A stretch of 64,000 nucleotides of DNA from Planctomycetota bacterium (GTDB lineage Bacteria; Planctomycetota; B15-G4; SIAN01), in contig JANNXA010000010.1 in NCBI GenBank assembly GCA_031409275.1, positions 96,001-160,000 on the forward strand, in the 5' to 3' direction. The notes below the pieces were generated by a model. The model worked only from the letters and a program-made list of their open reading frames with translations, was not told the origin of the DNA and searched no databases. Every line of letters begins with the position of its first letter. Position 1 is the stretch's first letter. The translations under genes and the position numbers were made by a program. Positions 14,799 to 24,133 of the stretch are shown here, piece by piece.

Positions 14799-15728
14799 CT
14801 ACCGGCGCAGCTCGTCGATCACCGAGCGCGCGAGGAGTTGAGGCGTCCCACCCCGTCCCGCCGCCGCCGTCGCGGCCGCCGCAAGGCGCGGTTCGAGCTC
14901 GCGCAACGCGAGATGGCGAATACGACGCGCGAGGCGCTCACGCTGCCGCAGGGCGAGCGAACCGTCGCCGCGCTGCCGATCGGCAAGCCGGCGCAGCGTC
15001 GCGACCGCGGAGGCGATGCCCTCGCCGCTGCTCGCGCTGACGATCGCCACCGGAGGCAACCGGTCGCGCTCGACGTCGCGGATCTCAAGCACGCTCGCGA
15101 GCGTGGCGGCGGCAGCCGCGGCGCCCGCCAGATCGCCTTTGGTCACCAGGAAGCAGTCGCCCGCCTCCATCAACCCCGCCTTGAGCGCCTGCACCGCATC
15201 GCCGCCCGAAGGCGGCAGCGCGACCACGGTCAAGTCGACGGCGTACGCGATCTCGATCTCGCTCTGGCCGGCCCCGACCGCTTCGACCAACAGCCAGTCG
15301 AAGCCGAACGCATCGAGCAGGTCGAGCTGATCGAAACCGGCGTGCGCGAAGCCGCCCGCAGCGCCGCGCGTGGCGACGCTGCGGAAGAAGACGCCGTCGT
15401 CGACCGCACCCGGCGTGTAGCGGATGCGATCGCCGAGCAGTGCGCCGCCGCTGCGTTCGCTGGTGGGATCAGTGGCCAGCACGGCGACACGCTCGCCCGC
15501 GGCCCGCAGCTCGCGCACCAGCGCATCGATCAGGGTGCTCTTGCCCGCGCCGCCCGGACCGGTGATGCCGATCCGCCGCGCGCGCCCGGCCTGCGCCGCC
15601 ACCGCGTCGGCGACGATCCCGTAACGCGCCGGCTCCGACTCGGCCAGCGACAGGAGTCGCGCCAGCGCGCGTCGCTCGCCGCGCAGGAGTCGTTGCAGCA
15701 GCTCGATAGGCTCCTCGCGCGGCTTCAT
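14799..15728 (-). CDS. meaB: Acyl-CoA mutase-associated GTPase MeaB/ArgK
   Basis: GITGPGGAGKST, DPTS..SGGALLGDRIR, EAVGAGQSE, GDAVQALKAGLME. Start could instead be 15740. Confidence 0.9.
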   Translation of the reverse strand: MKPREEPIELLQRLLRGERRALARLLSLAESEPARYGIVADAVAAQAGRARRIGITGPGGAGKSTLIDALVRELRAAGERVAVLATDPTSERSGGALLGDRIRYTPGAVDDGVFFRSVATRGAAGGFAHAGFDQLDLLDAFGFDWLLVEAVGAGQSEIEIAYAVDLTVVALPPSGGDAVQALKAGLMEAGDCFLVTKGDLAGAAAAAATLASVLEIRDVERDRLPPVAIVSASSGEGIASAVATLRRLADRQRGDGSLALRQRERLARRIRHLALRELEPRLAAAATAAAGRGGTPQLLARSVIDELRR

Positions 15729-15753
15729 GGTGGTCGGCATCCTACTCGCACCC

Positions 15754-16464
15754 ATGCCCTCGCTCGCCTCCATCAACGTCGGCCGCGCGCAGAGCTTCGA
15801 CCTCGGCGAGCGCAAGCTCCGTTCGGCGATCTTGAAGTCGCCGATCGCCGGTCGCGTCGAGCTGCAGCCACTCGGCGTGGCCGGTGACCAGCAGGCCGAT
15901 CGCCGATTCCACGGCGGTCCCGAGAAGGCGGTCTACCTCTACGCGCTCGAGCACTACCCGTTCTGGCAATCGGCGCTCAAGTGCGTCGCGCTCCCGCCCG
16001 GGACCTTCGGCGAGAACCTGACGATCGAAGGGTGGCCCGACCTCGAAGGCGAGTTGCACGTCGGCGACGAGCTCGCGATCGGCGATCCGCAACACGGCGC
16101 GCGGGTGCAGTTGACGACGCCGCGCCAGCCGTGCTGGAAGCTCGAGGCGCGCATGGGGCTGCCCGGTTTCGCCAAGGCGTTCCTCGAGAGCGGACGCATC
16201 GGCATCTACGCGCGCGTCTCCCGGCCTGGCGCCATCGGTGTGGGCGATGCCGTCGCGGTGGTGACGCGCTCGCCGCAGTCCGCCACGGTGCGCGACTTGA
16301 TCGCCGCGTTGCACCTCGAAGATCGCGCCGCCGCACAACGGGTGCTGGCCGACGACGCGCTCGATGCCGCGCTGCGCCGCAAGGTCGAGTGGCGGCTCGC
16401 GCGAGGGCGCCGAAAAGGCGGGGCCGCCGCCGACGAAAGCGAAGACGACCTCAGCGCGCCGTGA
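15754..16464 (+). CDS. MOSC domain protein (YiiM-like)
   Basis: GDQQADRRFHGGPEKAV, FGENLT, PRQPCWKL, SGRIGIYARV. Confidence 0.9.
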   Translation: MPSLASINVGRAQSFDLGERKLRSAILKSPIAGRVELQPLGVAGDQQADRRFHGGPEKAVYLYALEHYPFWQSALKCVALPPGTFGENLTIEGWPDLEGELHVGDELAIGDPQHGARVQLTTPRQPCWKLEARMGLPGFAKAFLESGRIGIYARVSRPGAIGVGDAVAVVTRSPQSATVRDLIAALHLEDRAAAQRVLADDALDAALRRKVEWRLARGRRKGGAAADESEDDLSAP

Positions 16465-17146
16465 CCGGCGGCAGCGGCCGCCAGCGCAACCGCGAGATCT
16501 CCGCGACCGTCGCGTAGCTCGCGATGCCGAGCGGTCGACACGGCTCGACCTCGGTGCGCACCCCGAGGTGCACTCCCGCCGTGGCGACGTCGGCCAGCAG
16601 CACGTCATCGCACCATGCCTGCACGCGGCCGCCGCCGACGCGCACGCGCGCGCTCACCGGCACACCGCGCACGAACTTGCGGTAGGTCGCGGTCGGATTG
16701 CTGGAGGCGTCGCGGCCATCGAGACACGAGAAGCCGCAGGTCGAGCCGCCCCAACCGCCGAGCACCAGCGTGAGCGCATCGGCGCCGACGGGGAAGGTGA
16801 GCGCGCAGAAGAAGTCGCTGCCGCTTCGACGCAGCGCGATGACCTCGATCTCGTACTCCTCTTGCGGGAGCGGTGCGGCGATCGGCGGATCGAGAGGCCA
16901 GACGATGCCCGTCATCGGTGAGCCAGCGAGCAGCCGCACGCCGAAGTCGCCGACCTCGACGCCGCCACTCCCGCCGAGCGCGGCCTCGCGCCATGCGGGC
17001 GAACCAGCGTCCGTGGCGCGAACGGAGGCCGTCGGCGCCTCGATCAGCACGTTCCACGGCGCGCTCTCGTCGGCGACCGGCGCGGCGTCGACGGCGGCTC
17101 GACAACCAAGGAACGCCACCCAGAGGAGCGCTGCGCACCGCTTCAT
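16451..17146 (-). CDS. Exported DUF1080-like (lectin/glycoside hydrolase-like fold) protein
   Basis: Signal peptide ending FLGC. YEIEVIALRRSGSDFFCALTFPVG and LGGWGGSTCGFSCLDGRDAS resemble planctomycete DUF1080 proteins (from recall). Confidence 0.6.
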   Translation of the reverse strand: MKRCAALLWVAFLGCRAAVDAAPVADESAPWNVLIEAPTASVRATDAGSPAWREAALGGSGGVEVGDFGVRLLAGSPMTGIVWPLDPPIAAPLPQEEYEIEVIALRRSGSDFFCALTFPVGADALTLVLGGWGGSTCGFSCLDGRDASSNPTATYRKFVRGVPVSARVRVGGGRVQAWCDDVLLADVATAGVHLGVRTEVEPCRPLGIASYATVAEISRLRWRPLPPVTAR

Positions 17147-18399
17147 GACGAGCTCCTCGCGCGCGACCGCAGCCGCCACGCTCCCAACAACACCAGCAGC
17201 GACGACACGACGAAGAGCGGTCGCACGCTGCTACCGAAGCGTTCGAGCAAGCTTGCCAGGACGCCGCCAAGCAATGGCCCGATCGCGTTGGCCAGCCCGA
17301 TCGCGGAGAACATGAAGCCGTTCGCGGCACCGCGCCGTTCGATCGGCGAAAGGGTGGCGGCGAGGCCGAAGGCAGACGGCAGCACTCCCGCCAAGAAGAT
17401 GCCGCTCGCGAACCGCAGCGCGCCCAGTTGCGCGACGTGGCCGACGAACGCCTGCGGCAGCAGGCAGAGCGCCGCCCCGATTCCGCAGCGACCGAGCAGC
17501 CGGCTGTGACCGCGCTCGTCGCCGAGTCGCCCCCACAGCGGAGTGACCAGCAGCGTCGCGGCGGCGGTCGCGCCGAACGCCAGCCCGGTCGTCGTGCCGA
17601 GGTGCTCGTCGCCGCCGCCGCGCAGCGTGCCGATGAACATCGCGAGCACGGGATCGACGAGCACCGCGCCGCCGCGCACCGCCAGCACGCCCAGCACCAT
17701 CGTGCGCAGCGGACCGGCCGCCAGGAACGCGCGCGCATCACGCCAGAGTTCCTGCAGCGCCGTCGCGCCGCGGCGCACCGCGCGCGCGCCAGCCGGCGCT
17801 GGGTCGAGGCCATCCTCTCGCACCCGCGGAGCCGCGACTTCGGTGACGCCGACGGCGATCGCGGCGAACGCCGCCACGCTGAGCGCGGCGCAGAGGAAGA
17901 AGGTGAGGCGGTGGCCGAAGTGGTCGCCGATGAAGCCGCCGAGCGCGGGGCCGAGGATGTTGCCCGCGAGCACGCTCGTATGCAGCGTCCCGGCGATCCG
18001 TCCTTGCTGTTGCGGCGGCGCCGACACCGACACCAGCGTCATCGCCGGCGCGATGAACCCCGAGAAGACGCCCTGCAGCAGGCGCAGCACCAGCAGCAAC
18101 CATGGCGTCGTCGCGAAGCCCATCGCGCCGACGAACAGCGTGATCGCGAGGTTGGCGCGCAGCAGCATCGGCTTGCGCCCGATGCGATCGCCGAGCGCGC
18201 CCCACAGTGGCCCCATGAAGGCCGCGGTGAGCGGCGCCGCGGCGACGAGCGCTCCCGACCAGACCGCGACGGCACGCTCGTCAGCGACGCCGATCTCCCG
18301 CAGGTGGAGCGGGAAGAGCGGCAGGAACGTCGTCATCCCGATCGCGGTGACGAAGTTGGCCGCCCACACCACCCGAAAGTTGCGCCGCCAGGCCTCCAC
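17143..18399 (-). CDS. MFS transporter (MdtG/DHA1-like)
   Basis: About 12 hydrophobic segments; motif A WGALGDRIGRK and WGRLGDERG. Confidence 0.9.
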   Translation of the reverse strand: MEAWRRNFRVVWAANFVTAIGMTTFLPLFPLHLREIGVADERAVAVWSGALVAAAPLTAAFMGPLWGALGDRIGRKPMLLRANLAITLFVGAMGFATTPWLLLVLRLLQGVFSGFIAPAMTLVSVSAPPQQQGRIAGTLHTSVLAGNILGPALGGFIGDHFGHRLTFFLCAALSVAAFAAIAVGVTEVAAPRVREDGLDPAPAGARAVRRGATALQELWRDARAFLAAGPLRTMVLGVLAVRGGAVLVDPVLAMFIGTLRGGGDEHLGTTTGLAFGATAAATLLVTPLWGRLGDERGHSRLLGRCGIGAALCLLPQAFVGHVAQLGALRFASGIFLAGVLPSAFGLAATLSPIERRGAANGFMFSAIGLANAIGPLLGGVLASLLERFGSSVRPLFVVSSLLVLLGAWRLRSRARSSS

Positions 18400-18411
18400 C
18401 CGAAACGCGCG

Positions 18412-18846
18412 TCAGCTCTTGCCGATCTGCGCGCGGTAGCGCTTGCGGAACAGCTCCACGAGCAGCTTGCCGCGCTCGGTGTTGGTGGCGACCCACTCGG
18501 CGTTCAGGAACGCGAAGCGGCTCGTCGCCTTGCGGTACTCGGCCAGGTGCTCTTCGACCCGCGTGTAGACCAGCAGCCCTTCGCCGTTGCTCTCGAGGAA
18601 GTACTCGGGATGGACGATCCCGTGCTTCACCATCGCGTAGACCATCTCCCAATAGGTCGACACCTGGCGCCACGCCGCGTTCATCGGGTGGTCGGGCTTG
18701 GTGATGGCGATCAGCTCGTCGAAGCTCTTCGGCAGGAACTTGCCGACGATGGCATCGCGCGACGCGCGCATGACCGACTCGCGGCGCAGGTCGTACACCT
18801 TGAGCGCCAGCTCGGCATCCCCGTGGTCAGGCTGCTGCTTCGACAT
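18412..18846 (-). CDS. Conserved hypothetical protein (DUF4760-like)
   Basis: Coding-like composition; DAELALKVYDLRRE...YWEM pattern; GGAG RBS. Confidence 0.6.
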   Translation of the reverse strand: MSKQQPDHGDAELALKVYDLRRESVMRASRDAIVGKFLPKSFDELIAITKPDHPMNAAWRQVSTYWEMVYAMVKHGIVHPEYFLESNGEGLLVYTRVEEHLAEYRKATSRFAFLNAEWVATNTERGKLLVELFRKRYRAQIGKS

Positions 18847-19026
18847 CGTGGTCTCCGATTGGGAAGGAGGCGTCGTGATCCGAGAGTCCGCGAACGAGGT
18901 CGGAGGCGAATCAGGCGCAGGGCGAGGAGCACCGACGACTTCAACTTCAGGGGAAGTGGATGAGGAGGTGCAACCGGGCCACGAGCATACGGCCGCGCTC
19001 GCCCTCGACTCGGAGGCGACCGACGA

Positions 19027-19986
19027 TCAGTCGCCCCACACCGCCGTCGGCACCAGTTCGTCGAGCTCGATCTCGGGCACGCTGATGCGCACGCGCGCGC
19101 GACGCGCCTCCTCGAGACCGCGGCCAGTGCGCAGCAGCACGCGACCCGGAATCTCGAACTTCTCCGCGTCGAGCAGCCCTGCGAACGTCGACTCGAGCGC
19201 GAGGAAGCCGCCGAAACTCGAGCTGTCCGCGACCCGCGTCCCGACGACGGCACGACCGCTCGGGTCGGAGAGGCGAAGTTCGAGCTGCTCGCGTTCGACG
19301 CTGAAGCGGTGCGACTTGCCGGCGCGCGCCCACTGGATCGTCGGCCCGGCCGGATCGAACGTCGAGCTGATCCCGAAGCGTTGCTTCAGGGCGGCGCCGA
19401 CCATCGTGCGCGGCGTCGGATAGGAGTCGGCGTAGACCACGTCGCCCTCTTCGCCAATGCGGAACACGAAGCGGTGGAGCGCCGCTGGATCGGCCGCCTC
19501 CGCAGCGGCGAGGCACGCGGCGAAGTCGGTCGTCGGCGCGAGGCGGCCGCGCGGGTCGAGCGGCAGGACGCGACCGGCGACGATCGCGAGCCACTGCCCC
19601 GCGTGGTCGGGAAAGAGGCGCTCCTTCTGCCGCAGGTAGTCGCCCTCGAAGGCGCGCTCGTTCTGCTCGCGCTGGAGATCGACGGGATCGCGCGGCGCAG
19701 CCGGCGGAGCGGCGGGGTCGCTCGGCGCGCCGGCGGGATCCGCGGACGGATCGGCGGGGGGCGCCGCGGGCGGGTCGATCGGCGCCGGCGAAGGCGGGAC
19801 CTCCTGCGGCGGCGGCTCCACCGCGACGACCACCTGCGGCCACGGCAGCGGCGTCGACGCCTGCGTCGAGGCGGATCGTGGCGATGGCCGTGCGCCGTAC
19901 AGCGGATCACCTGCCGCTGCACAGCCGAGCGCCGCCGTCCACCCCAGCGCGACGAGCACTCCGAGTCGTCGATCGCTGTGAACCAT
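19027..19986 (-). CDS. Hypothetical exported/lipoprotein with a Pro-rich linker, DUF5678-like domain and possible retropepsin-like domain
   Basis: Hydrophobic N-terminus ending ALGC, PxP-rich stretch, HAGQWLAIVAGRV...FVFRIGEE. Start trimmed to MVHSD, downstream of the inverted-repeat element. Confidence 0.55.
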   Translation of the reverse strand: MVHSDRRLGVLVALGWTAALGCAAAGDPLYGARPSPRSASTQASTPLPWPQVVVAVEPPPQEVPPSPAPIDPPAAPPADPSADPAGAPSDPAAPPAAPRDPVDLQREQNERAFEGDYLRQKERLFPDHAGQWLAIVAGRVLPLDPRGRLAPTTDFAACLAAAEAADPAALHRFVFRIGEEGDVVYADSYPTPRTMVGAALKQRFGISSTFDPAGPTIQWARAGKSHRFSVEREQLELRLSDPSGRAVVGTRVADSSSFGGFLALESTFAGLLDAEKFEIPGRVLLRTGRGLEEARRARVRISVPEIELDELVPTAVWGD

Positions 19987-19999
19987 CGTCTGCTCCACG

Positions 20000-20368
20000 T
20001 CGGTGGCGGGGATCTTTCCACCGCCGATCCCGCACACTACGCGCGCTGACGCAGTCCATGAGGTGGCGGGGATCTTTCGTCCGGTCTCGATGAAGAGCAC
20101 GCCGCCCGCTTTCGGTTGGAACGGACGACGACCGCGAACCTGGCGGTCAAGCTCGAGCCGGCGAGCAGCAGCCTCGCGGCGCCTCTCGGACGCGGCGGGG
20201 ACCTCTCGGCTGAAGCCCGGAATGGGCGGATCGTCGCGCTCTCCGGCGCGAGCGAAGTGCTGAAGACGCCGGCGATCGACGATCGCTCGCAGCGCGTGGA
20301 TGAAAACTCCCCGCCACCTGTTCGACAGCAGCGTGCGGTTTCGGCGGTGGAAAGATCCCCGCCACCGA
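20000..20368. mobile_element. MITE/REP-like non-coding element with nested inverted repeats
   Basis: Perfect 28-bp inverted repeat TCGGTGGCGGGGATCTTTCCACCGCCGA at 20000-20027 versus 20341-20368. Second inner pair at 20061-20082 versus 20298-20319 (19/22 identical). Confidence 0.6.
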
Positions 20369-20382
20369 GTCACGCCACCGAA

Positions 20383-22287
20383 TCAGCGAGGGGTCGTCAG
20401 CAGCTCGTGGCAGTCGAGCACGCCCTGCTCGAGCCAGGCGTGATCGCCGGCGACGATCGACTGCGCGAGCTGGTAGCTCGCAACGTCGTCGTTGCTCCGC
20501 AGCTGCACGAAGAGCTCGTCGACACGGCGCCGCGCGGCTCGGCAGAAGGAGCCCGCGAGGTCGACCGCCTTGCTCGACCGCTCCGGCCCGGCGGCCAGCG
20601 TTCGCGCGCGCGCACAGGCGGCGGCCATCGCCGTCAGCTCGGCACCGATGTCGACGATGCGCGCCAGCAGTCGTTGCCGCCGCTCGAGCTTCGCCTGGTG
20701 GCGCATCATGTTCGTGAAGATCGCGCGTGCCAGTCGCCGCACCGTCCGCTCGAGCCAGCGCACATGGCCGGCGAGCTCACCGTACTCGGCGAACGCGACC
20801 GGGTTCATGCCAGCGCCAAACAGCAGCTTCGGCACCCACCCGGCATAGAACTTCGTCGCCGTCCACAGCGACTTCGCCTTCGCGCCGGGTTTCGACTTCG
20901 GATCGAGCAGCGCTCCGGCCGCGGTCACATGCGCATCGAGCGCCTCGCGCGCGATGAAAAGGTGCATCACCTGCGTCGACCCCTCGACGACGGTGTTGAT
21001 CCGGAAGTCGCGCAGCAGCCGCTCGACCGGATAGGGGATTTCGCCACGCGACTTCAGCGATTGCTCGGTCTCGAAGCCGCGACCGCCGCGCACCTGGAAG
21101 CACTCGCCCGCGAGGCGCACGCCGTGCTCGGTGTTGAAGAGCTTGGCGATCGCCGCTTCGAGTCGGACGTCATGGCCGCCCTGGTCGACGAGCAGGCAGC
21201 CGAGATCGGCAAGCGCCTGCATCGCGAACAGCGTCGACGCGAGATCGGTGATCTTCCCCGCGATCTCGTCGTGCTTGCCGATCGTGACTCCCCACTGGAA
21301 ACGCGACGCGGCGAAACGGCGGGTCATCGACAACGCCTGCTTCATGCCACCGACCACGCAGCTCGGCAGCGTGAGGCGCCCGGTGTTCAACGTGACCAGC
21401 GCGAGCTTCAGCCCCGAGCCTTCCTTCCACAGCAGGTTCTCGCGCGGGACCTTCACGTCCTTGAAGCGCAGCACGCCGTTGTAGATGCCGCGCAGACCGC
21501 TGAAGTGGCAGCGATGCGCGATCTCGACACCGGGCCATGCGCGCTCGACGATGAACGCCGAGATCTGCTTCTTCTGGCTGCCGTCGGGCGCGACCTTCGG
21601 CGGCGTCTGCGCCATCACGACCAGCAGGTCGGCAATGGTCCCATTGGTGCACCAGAGCTTCTCGCCGTTCAGGATCCAGTGCGACCCGTCGGCCGAGAGC
21701 TCCGCATGCGTCGTCATGTTCGCGGGATCGGAGCCGGCGCCCGACTCGGTCAGCGCGAAGGCGGAGATCTCGCCGCGCGCCAGACGCGGCAGGTAGCGCT
21801 TCTTCTGCTCTTCGGTGCCGAAGAGCTTCAGCGGCTGCGGCACGCCGATCGACTGGTGCGCCGAGAGCAGCGTCGCGGTGTTGGCGCAATGCGCCGCCAC
21901 CAGTTCGATGATGCGGTTGTAGGAGGTCTTGCTCAGGCCGAGCCCGCCGTACTCCTTCGGGATCGTGAGCCCGAACGCGCCGAGTTCCTTCAACCCTTGC
22001 AGCACGTCGGCGGGCACCTCGCCTTCGCGATCGATCCGCTCGCCGTCGACCTTCGCGACCAGGAAGGGCTTCAGCTTCGCGAGGAACGCCTCGCACTCGG
22101 CGCGCGACGCGGCGGGCTCGACTGGAAACGGATCGATCAGGTCCATCCGCAAGCGACCGAGGAAGAGCTCCTTCGAGAACGAAGGGTGGTCCCAGGTCTG
22201 CTCTCGCGCCGCCTCGGCGACGGCACGTGCTTCCGCCTCGGTGGCCGCGCCGGGCTGCTTGGTCTCGCTCGTCATGGGTGTCGCCAT
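20383..22287 (-). CDS. Long acyl-CoA dehydrogenase (VLCAD/ACAD9-like)
   Basis: FALTESGAGSD, KLWCTNG, QVRGGRG, VEGSTQ, and a C-terminal extension. Start 22287 or 22275. Confidence 0.9.
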   Translation of the reverse strand: MATPMTSETKQPGAATEAEARAVAEAAREQTWDHPSFSKELFLGRLRMDLIDPFPVEPAASRAECEAFLAKLKPFLVAKVDGERIDREGEVPADVLQGLKELGAFGLTIPKEYGGLGLSKTSYNRIIELVAAHCANTATLLSAHQSIGVPQPLKLFGTEEQKKRYLPRLARGEISAFALTESGAGSDPANMTTHAELSADGSHWILNGEKLWCTNGTIADLLVVMAQTPPKVAPDGSQKKQISAFIVERAWPGVEIAHRCHFSGLRGIYNGVLRFKDVKVPRENLLWKEGSGLKLALVTLNTGRLTLPSCVVGGMKQALSMTRRFAASRFQWGVTIGKHDEIAGKITDLASTLFAMQALADLGCLLVDQGGHDVRLEAAIAKLFNTEHGVRLAGECFQVRGGRGFETEQSLKSRGEIPYPVERLLRDFRINTVVEGSTQVMHLFIAREALDAHVTAAGALLDPKSKPGAKAKSLWTATKFYAGWVPKLLFGAGMNPVAFAEYGELAGHVRWLERTVRRLARAIFTNMMRHQAKLERRQRLLARIVDIGAELTAMAAACARARTLAAGPERSSKAVDLAGSFCRAARRRVDELFVQLRSNDDVASYQLAQSIVAGDHAWLEQGVLDCHELLTTPR

Positions 22288-22344
22288 TCCCCCCTCGGGT
22301 GCGGATTCGTCCGCACCCCCCCTTCGGCACGCCGACGGGGGGAG
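22288..22344 (-). promoter_or_regulatory. Structured intergenic leader (two hairpins, candidate anti-SD)
   Basis: Perfect 9-bp stem GGGTGCGGA-TTCG-TCCGCACCC at 22297-22318, plus C-run/G-run pairing at 22316-22342. Confidence 0.45.
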
Positions 22345-22394
22345 CACGACTCCGCTCCGGGAGACCCCTCACAGCGAACGGCGCACCGCCCCGA

Positions 22395-23546
22395 TCAGCC
22401 CAGCAGCGCGCGCGCGACGACCATGCGCTGAGCCTCGGTCGTCCCTTCGTAGATCTCGGTGATGCGCGCGTCGCGGAAGAGGCGCTCGACGCGGTAGTCG
22501 CGCGAGTAGCCGGCCGAGCCGTGGATCTGCACGGCATCGTCGGCGGCGCGGTTCGAAAGCGTGCTGGCGAAGAGCTTCGCCATCGCCGCCTCCTTCCCGC
22601 ACGGCTCGCCCGCATCGCGCATCTGCGCCGCGCGGCGCGTCAGCAACCGCGCCGCGTCGATGCCGGTGGCCATATCGGCGAGCTTCCATTGGATCGCCTG
22701 GAACTCGGCGATCGCCCGGCCGAACTGGCGCCGTTCCTTGGCGTACTGCAGCGACTCGTCGAGGCAGCCCTGCGCAATGCCCAACGCCTGGCTGGCGATG
22801 CCGATGCGCCCCGCATCGAGCGTGTCCATCGCGATCCGGAAGCCCTTGTCGACTTCGCCCAGCACGTTCTCGGCGGGCACCACGCAACGGTCGAGCACGA
22901 TCTCGGTGGTCGGTGATGCCCGGATGCCGAGCTTCTGCTCTTTCTTGCCGACGCTCAGCCCTCGCGTCGTCCGCTCGACGAGGAAGCAGGTGATGCCACG
23001 CGAACGGTGTTCGGCATCGGGGGGCGGCGCGGTGCGCGCGAAGATGAGGTAGAGGCCGGCGTGCGAACCCGAGGTGATCCAGAGCTTGGCGCCGTCGAGG
23101 ACGAACGAATCGCCCTGTCGAACCGCCTTCGTCGACTGGTCGGAGGCATCGGTGCCGGCGCCCGCTTCGGACAAGCAGTAGGCGCCAAGCCACTCGCCGC
23201 TCGCGAGCTTCGGCAGGAAGCGACGCTTCTGCGCGTCGGTGCCGTACTTCGCGACCGGCCCGCAGACCAGCGAGTTGTGCACGGACAGCGTGACCGCCGT
23301 CGAAGGGCAGACCCGCGAGATCTCCTCGACGATCAGAGAGCCGGCGAGCGTCCCCATCGCGGTGCCGCCGAACTCTTCGGGAATCGTCACCGCACACAGG
23401 CCGAGCTCGCGCGCCTTCTGCCAGGGGATCTCGGGAAAGCTCTCGCTCTCGTCGTACTTCGCGGCGTGAGGCGCGACGTGATCGCGAACGTAGTCGCGAA
23501 CCATCTGCTGCAGGAGGACGAGCTCTTCGGGAAGGTCGGAAGGCAA
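22395..23546 (-). CDS. Acyl-CoA dehydrogenase (butyryl-CoA dehydrogenase-like)
   Basis: YCLSEAGAGTD, KLWITSG, LDAGRIGIASQALG, IYEGTTEAQR. TTG start inferred from a GGAG RBS and the typical length of 383 aa. Confidence 0.93.
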   Translation of the reverse strand: MPSDLPEELVLLQQMVRDYVRDHVAPHAAKYDESESFPEIPWQKARELGLCAVTIPEEFGGTAMGTLAGSLIVEEISRVCPSTAVTLSVHNSLVCGPVAKYGTDAQKRRFLPKLASGEWLGAYCLSEAGAGTDASDQSTKAVRQGDSFVLDGAKLWITSGSHAGLYLIFARTAPPPDAEHRSRGITCFLVERTTRGLSVGKKEQKLGIRASPTTEIVLDRCVVPAENVLGEVDKGFRIAMDTLDAGRIGIASQALGIAQGCLDESLQYAKERRQFGRAIAEFQAIQWKLADMATGIDAARLLTRRAAQMRDAGEPCGKEAAMAKLFASTLSNRAADDAVQIHGSAGYSRDYRVERLFRDARITEIYEGTTEAQRMVVARALLG

Positions 23547-23653
23547 GGGGTCGCTCCGTGTCGGCGCCGATGCGGGTCGCAGCGGCCACCGAGGGGCAAC
23601 ACCATTACCAAAGCGCCCCTGAAGGCGCGCCCTCTTCGCCGGTGAACGGGCCA

Positions 23654-24133
23654 TCACTTGCCGACGAGAGACGCGAGGAACTCAACGACCACGCGGCACG
23701 CCCCCCAGATGAGGCGGCCGATCCACGTCCTACCGGTCGGGAAACCGTCGTGCGGGCCCGTCACCGGCGCAAGCGGAGGGCGCGGCCGGTCGAGCCACGC
23801 CTCGAGCTCCGGCGGGACGAGCAGTCCGGCGCAGCTCGCGCATTGGTGCAGCGCTCGTTGCTGGTAGCGATGCGCCGCGAGCGTCGACGTGCGGCAATCG
23901 GGACAGGCCAGCGGGGGCTCGTCGCTCACTGCCGCAAGCCGACCGTCCCGCGGATCGAGGCGCGGCTCGCGACCGCGCGCCACGGCGTAGCGGGCGAGTT
24001 CGCCGTGGCCGAACCACAGCGACTTGCATCGCGGACAGCGCCGAAGCGCGACGCCGCGCGCTGGCGACTCGCGAACGAGCGCTGCGCCATCGCGCGGACA
24101 GGAGGCGCGCGCCCCATCGAGGAACGCACTCAC
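23654..24133 (-). CDS. Double zf-TFIIB zinc-ribbon protein
   Basis: CPRD, CPRCKSLWFGHGEL, CPDC, CASCAGL. GTG start overlaps the stop of the paralogue (GTGA). Confidence 0.7.
   Translation of the reverse strand: MSAFLDGARASCPRDGAALVRESPARGVALRRCPRCKSLWFGHGELARYAVARGREPRLDPRDGRLAAVSDEPPLACPDCRTSTLAAHRYQQRALHQCASCAGLLVPPELEAWLDRPRPPLAPVTGPHDGFPTGRTWIGRLIWGACRVVVEFLASLVGK

Noticed and set aside
20000..20368. Repeats as a CRISPR array
   Set aside because: The copies are inverted relative to each other, unevenly spaced and few, and no cas genes are present.
19987..20373. N-terminal extension of the 448-aa ORF (19027-20373)
   Set aside because: The extension is the translated inverted-repeat element. 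The signal-peptide-like sequence begins at Met 19986.
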